64,000 bases of DNA from Octopus vulgaris (taxonomy: Eukaryota), in NCBI GenBank assembly GCA_951406725.2, contig OX597835.1, positions 26,350,001-26,414,000 of the forward strand, written 5' to 3'. Both the position numbers and the translations under genes were made by a program. Below, piece after piece: positions 58,313-64,000 of the stretch; position 1 is the first letter of the stretch; the number at the start of each line of letters is the position of its first letter. The notes beneath the pieces were generated by a model. It searched no databases, was not told where the DNA came from, and saw only the letters and a program-made list of their open reading frames with translations.

Positions 58313-59132
58313 GTACTGAAACAAATATCCATCTAGTGACTCGTGTTTTCATGCTACTGATCTTCAGACATTTCCTCCTGTATATATATATGTGTGTGTG
58401 TGTGTGTATCTGTGTGTATGCCTGTGTGTGTGTGTGTACACGCATATACACACATACCTATGTATACATGTATATGTATGTATAAATGAGTGCGTGTATA
58501 TATGTTCTCATATCTATATGTCTGTGTGTGTGTATGTATGGGAGTGTACATATAAATGTTTATACGCGCTTTGCGTGCGTGTATATGTATGAAGATGTAT
58601 ACATGCATCGACTAAAAGGTTGATGTCATCAAATAATCGTCAAGATCATTAATTAATGCATAACAACTATAAATCGCCCTAAAATCACGAAATAAGAGAT
58701 CAACTCCACGAAAATGAGGAACACAGCCTATGGTGCTTTGGGGATACTGCACAAAAACCCTTGTTACTTCGACAATCCAACATTTATTGCATCATCCCAA
58801 GACTTGCTGTTACCATTCTATAGTCACATAAAGAAGACTCATTTATCCATACCGGTTTCACTACCGTTAATGATGATCACTTCGCTAAAGTTTATTGCTG
58901 GGTAACAACGCGCTCTATTCTTTTATTTTTGTTGTCAAGTGGTTCGAAATTAATGAGCGTTTTGTGTGGGTGTCATCATGATGCCACAACTCCGCTTATG
59001 TGACACATTTCTCACGAGAGAAACTTTATAATGCTTCGGTAGTACTCAGGCCAACAACGAGGAAGTCGGATGTGAAAATCAACTTTAAGATAGTATAGTT
59101 AACGTCTCTTTAGTTATAGCTATGTATTAGGT

Positions 59133-59485
59133 TCAGGCGTGCTTGTGTGGTTAGAACGTTGCTTCCGAATCTCATCGTTTCGGGTTCAGTCCCACTGCGT
59201 GGCCCCTTGAGCAAATCTCTTCTACTATAGCCTCGCGCCGACCAAAGGCCTCCGAATGGGATTTGGTGGACGGAGTCTGGAAGAAGCCAATTATACACCA
59301 CCACTTGACAACCTTTGTTTTTATGTCCTTGTAAAGTAGCGGTTCGACAAAAAGGAACCGATAGAATTAGTACCAAGTTTGACCCCTCAAAAAACATAAG
59401 TCCTGAGGTCAACTCATTCAACTAAAAAGTCTTGAAAATAGTGCTCCAGCATGGCTGCAGTCTAATAACAACGACAACTAAAAGA
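59133..59485 (+). mobile_element. Family-A SINE, diverged
   Basis: caggcgtgcttgtgtggttag...gggttcagtcccactgcgtgg...gtgctccagcatggctgcagtc. Confidence 0.8.
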
Positions 59486-59929
59486 TGCCATTGACTTGGC
59501 ATACTTTACATTTTACATATAGAGAATAAGCTCACCAACTCTTGCAGCGGACTTCAGTACTGGATATCAAATCCTACCACTTGGTATTGCAGATATTACG
59601 AAGTGAATGAAAATGAGAACTTTCAAATTGTTTTAATACAGGATCCATGATTCTGTCCTATACAATATTGTAGTTAATATATATATTCAAAAATATATTA
59701 TGTATACCATATAAATTATGTGATATATTAAAACAATTCTTGTGAAGCAACTTGAGTTTCAGGTGTGAAGATCAGTATGGATAAATATGAATTTTCCTAA
59801 ATACATAACATGTCAGAAGCATTCAAAATCCTGTATATCAGCCCTCCAAAAGCAATATTTGCTGTGCTATATCTAGGTAATCCATCGGGATAATAATCAT
59901 CGTAGTGGACTCCACACTGCACAATTGGG

Positions 59930-60150
59930 CGAAATCCTCATCCACTTTTACTGTATCTCCATCAGTAATGATTTCTGGATTACTCAGGAAGTGACTAGAT
60001 CCTAGGTCTGGCTTGCCGGATCATATTCACCTTCTTAGTACTGATTGTGAAGCCGAAATTCTTTGCAACTGCCGAGAAGCAATCTGTAATTCTTTGGGCA
60101 ACAAAGAAACAGTCACCTTATAAAGAGTAGCTTATAAGTCCATAATCATA
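59930..60150 (-). mobile_element. RTE/BovB-like RT fragment
   Basis: QRITDCFSAVAKNFGFTISTKKV..NPEIITDG (cf. FGLTISxKKT after the FADD motif). Confidence 0.65.
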
Positions 60151-60230
60151 TATTCCTTCGTCATATCATTATCTTACACACACACACAAACACAGACCTA
60201 TACAGACCTACACAGACACACACGTATTTA

Positions 60231-61782
60231 TCTCTTATTATAAAAGGCAGATTTTATCTGCCTCCCTTTGGGAGTTATACAAATCTACAATATAGGATTT
60301 CTTCAATTACAATTTACCTAGCATTTTTAAGAGTACAATGCATCGCGTCATGCCAGGTCCAGTTTTTAAAATTTAAACTCCAATTAAGCAAAATTTACAG
60401 AAAACTCACATTCTGGTGTGTGTGTCAAATGCTTTTCTTAGTCTGGTTTACACCACACGCAAACGCACACACACAGTGGGCAACGAATAAAATGAAAGTA
60501 AATAGCGACAGAGTGATTTGAGCAAGACTAAACTGAAAGTGTTTAAACCACTACTCAAAAAATAAAAAAACACAGCAAACAGAAACAAATAAATACATAA
60601 CCATTTAATCCTCACACAACTTCTTCAATTAGAATTTACCTAAGATTTTTCAAAGTACTCCATTCGCTCATGCCATAATATATTTCTTTCAATTTCACCC
60701 CCAATTAAGACAAAATTCGAGAAAACTCAATATTTTAACATATCACTCCGAAAGCATTGATGTACATGTGTGCGTGCGTGAGTGTGTGTGTGTCATTCCT
60801 CACACACACGCATACACATACATATACAACTACATACAACTACATACACATACAACTACATACAAACACGTGTGTGTTTGTTATTAGTAAAAAAGGCGCA
60901 AAAACACAACTCACTTATCATTCCAACACATTTGCAAAGACACACGGAGGACAGAAAAGGTAAATTGGTTTTTATTTTACTCTGTATATATTTTATTATA
61001 TAATATTATATATAGATATATGTATATATAATTGCAGTATGAAACAGTGTTTATGTATAAACAGACGACACTTATATATAGTTACCAAGCCGCCCGAATT
61101 TACCTATTCATATTTAAATGAGAATATCAGAGCAAATCTCTTTAGTACATTCGTGAAAACACGTATTATACTTCGTAAACACTTCAACTACAGTTTTGTA
61201 CAAAAATCGAAGTGTAATTTTAATTCCGTGAATTATGGGAGATTTTTTTCCGAAATTTGTTCCTATTGTGTTTTCAAAATTTTTAATTCTGACAAAAAAT
61301 GGATACGAATTTCATTATATCAAGCAGCGAGTCAGAATTCGAAGGATTTTCTACTGAAGACCTTCATAAATCTAACTCTATGACTGAAAAAAAAAAGCAT
61401 CTTTATATAAGAGTGAAGTTGTGTGTCTGTCTCCTACGATTTAGATTCCTAACTACTCCCACATTTTGCGGTGCAGTTTAACCAAAAGCAGGTATCTTAT
61501 AGTCGTGATTCATATCGAGCCCTTCTGGGTATTAGCGTGCGTCTACGATGAGTCTACGATTTAAAAAAAAATTACCATCATATTTTTCCATTTTAATGCA
61601 TTTTTTTCGCTTTTATATAAGGGAAGTAACTCTCTAAAAATATCTACGATGTGTCAACGATTTAAAAAATATTTACCTTAATTTTTTTTCAATTTTTAAT
61701 GCATTTTTTGGCTATAACTCTCTAAAAATGCTTATATAGTTATTTCCCTTACAACCCGAGCAACGCCGGGCGATACTGCTAG
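60231..61782 (+). mobile_element. Composite non-autonomous Helitron
   Basis: A|TCTCTTATTATAAAA 5' end at 60231 and a second A|TCTTTATATAA start at 61400. 3' hairpin cccgagcaacgccggg plus CTAG|T at 61779-61782. Confidence 0.7.
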
Positions 61783-62375
61783 TATATATATATATGCTAA
61801 GAGCTCAAAGCGCTTTCTCTATAAATTTAAATTTGTTGGCAGTTTAAATATGCTTGACGCATATTCAAACCGGTAGGAAATCAATACATATATGTATACA
61901 TAAGTGCATATATTGCTGTATACATGTATGTATATGTGTACATATGCATAAATATATATTTATATATGTAATACTGGGGGGACAATGTTGCGATTTTGTA
62001 TCAATTTACGTGAGATTTCCAATAGAAAAATATAAAAGTTAATTTTTTTTCTATTGTCCAATGTTTAGAGAGGGATTAAAGGGAGACAACGCCGGAACAA
62101 AATAACGATGATATGCCGGATTATTTCCATTTTGTTCGATGCGATTTTATATATTTTTGAAGCTTTTTCGACCGATCGTTTTGTGTTACGATGTTCTTGC
62201 CTTTTGTGGATGCCGTTGTTTTTGTTTTGCTACACTCTTATTGTTTCTTTCTGTTTAGTTTCTGTCATAAATGGCAATCCTACGGGAAAATCGAACAATC
62301 TTTAATGCATATCAATGTATGTATTCATAAATTTACATAAAAAACAGACACGCACACACGCACGCACACATGTAT

Positions 62376-62418
<43 letters not shown>

Positions 62419-62462
62419 AAAATAGAGAGATGTATAGTTTAATAGAGAGAGAGAAATAGATG

Positions 62463-62528
<66 letters not shown>

Positions 62529-62623
62529 ACCAGATATACATGGATATCTCTGTGTCGATGTATCGATTTTTAGGCTTGTGTGTGTATCTCTCTCTCTCTA
62601 TCACTATCTATCTATTTTTAATG

Positions 62624-62662
<39 letters not shown>

Positions 62663-62941
62663 AGTATGTTTGTATAGAATACCTATTTGCGTATACGAAT
62701 GAATCTGCATGTGTGTCAGTGAAAATGCTTTAAACCACATAATACATAGCACATATATATCCATATAGATAATAATTTGCTGATATATATATATAATGAA
62801 TATATATATATATATATGTACATACTCATACATACATATGTATGTATATAGACATACATATACATATATATCTACATACACATACATACACATATATATA
62901 TACGTGTGTTGTGTATGTATATATATGCTTATGTATGTAAG

Positions 62942-62978
<37 letters not shown>

Positions 62979-63217
62979 TTATTTATATGAGTGTATGTAT
63001 GTGCACATATATATATATATATACACACAGACTAAATGCAGGAGGTGGCATGTTGTCTCTGATGTGTTTCTCCTACACTTTTCTAAATGTTTGTTTAATA
63101 GCCAAAACATTGTGACCAAGTATGATGCTTCAAAATTTGAAGTAATTTAACTGTCTGCTACGTAGCAAGTATCAAAACAACACGAAACAACAGGAAGACG
63201 AAAACAACAAATAAAAA

Positions 63218-63274
<57 letters not shown>

Positions 63275-63397
63275 CAGCAGCAGCAGCGGCAGCAGCAGCA
63301 GCGGCAATCGACCCCAGTGCTTGATTGGTCCTTATTTCGTCCACACCTAAACCATCACAGGCAAAGGCGAACTCAAGCTCACTCGAGCACAAACCGG

Positions 63398-63888
63398 AGT
63401 GGCGGAGTCGGAGTCTAGCAAGATTCTCTGGGATTTCCCAGTCCAAAAAGATCAGGCGCTAGAACATAACAGACCGAAGCTAGTGGTGGTCGACGAAATT
63501 CCTCACATCTGCTACATAGTTGATGTTGCTCGCCCCTTTGACCCTCGAATAGCAAAGAAAGAAAGCGGAAAAATAGATAAATACAATCTTCTTATGTACG
63601 AAATAGCACGGCTATGCAAAATGAAGAAAGTGAAGATAGTGCCAATTATTGTTGTGTCCTTGGGGGCAGTATAAGAAGGCATCAAATAAGATATAAAGGA
63701 AACTGGAGTAGAATGCCCTGTAGAACTCTTACACAAGATTTGAGTCCTTGACACGGCCAGAATAATGAGGAAAGTATTAGAGAGCTGAAAAGAATTGATA
63801 GCTTGGTTGCAGGTAGCAAACCTGCTATGCAAGTAAGACCCCAGGAGTTCCAACAAAACCTGTGATAAAAAGAAATGATAATAATAAT
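63398..63888 (+). mobile_element. 5'-truncated R4/Dong-like element, same family as 11855-12868
   Basis: KILWDFPVQKDQALEHNRPKLVVVD..YIVDVARPFD..KVKIVPIIVVSLG, with the same 3' UTR and an (AAT)n end. Confidence 0.88.
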
Positions 63889-64000
63889 CTTCTCTATTAT
63901 AGGCACAAGGCGTGAAATTTGGGGGAGGGGACTAGTCGATTACATCGACCCCGCTACTCAACTGGTACTTAATTTATCGACCCTGAAAGGATAAAACACA
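63889..64000 (-). mobile_element. Family-C SINE 3' part, truncated by the window end
   Basis: aggcacaaggcgtgaaatttggggg...gtcgattacatcgacccc...ctggtacttaatttatcgaccc. Confidence 0.78.

Overview
Gene-free, extremely repeat-rich eukaryotic DNA. The density of (AT)n/(CATA)n/(CTAT)n/(AAT)n microsatellites and the tRNA-derived SINE families strongly suggest an octopus (cephalopod) intron or intergenic region (inference, not database-checked). No intact host protein-coding gene is visible, and almost all ORFs in the supplied track are translated microsatellites. The non-SSR sequence is mostly decayed transposons: two mariner transposase relics, several R4/Dong-type and one Hero-type RLE non-LTR fragments, RTE fragments, a CR1-group LINE 3' end, a Penelope-like GIY-YIG relic, two non-autonomous Helitrons, two TA-flanked MITEs and many SINE copies. 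The most notable signal is a set of type I (minimal/dimer-type) hammerhead ribozyme motifs from at least three unrelated repeat families. The best pair has an intact CUGAUGA core in both arms of a ~0.5 kb palindrome at 37.15-37.67 kb, near the Penelope endonuclease relic. Other notable items are a SINE/LINE shared 3' tail with a covarying stem-loop, a twin-priming-type 5' inversion, a composite Helitron, and a 33-bp-phased triple CCAAT array.
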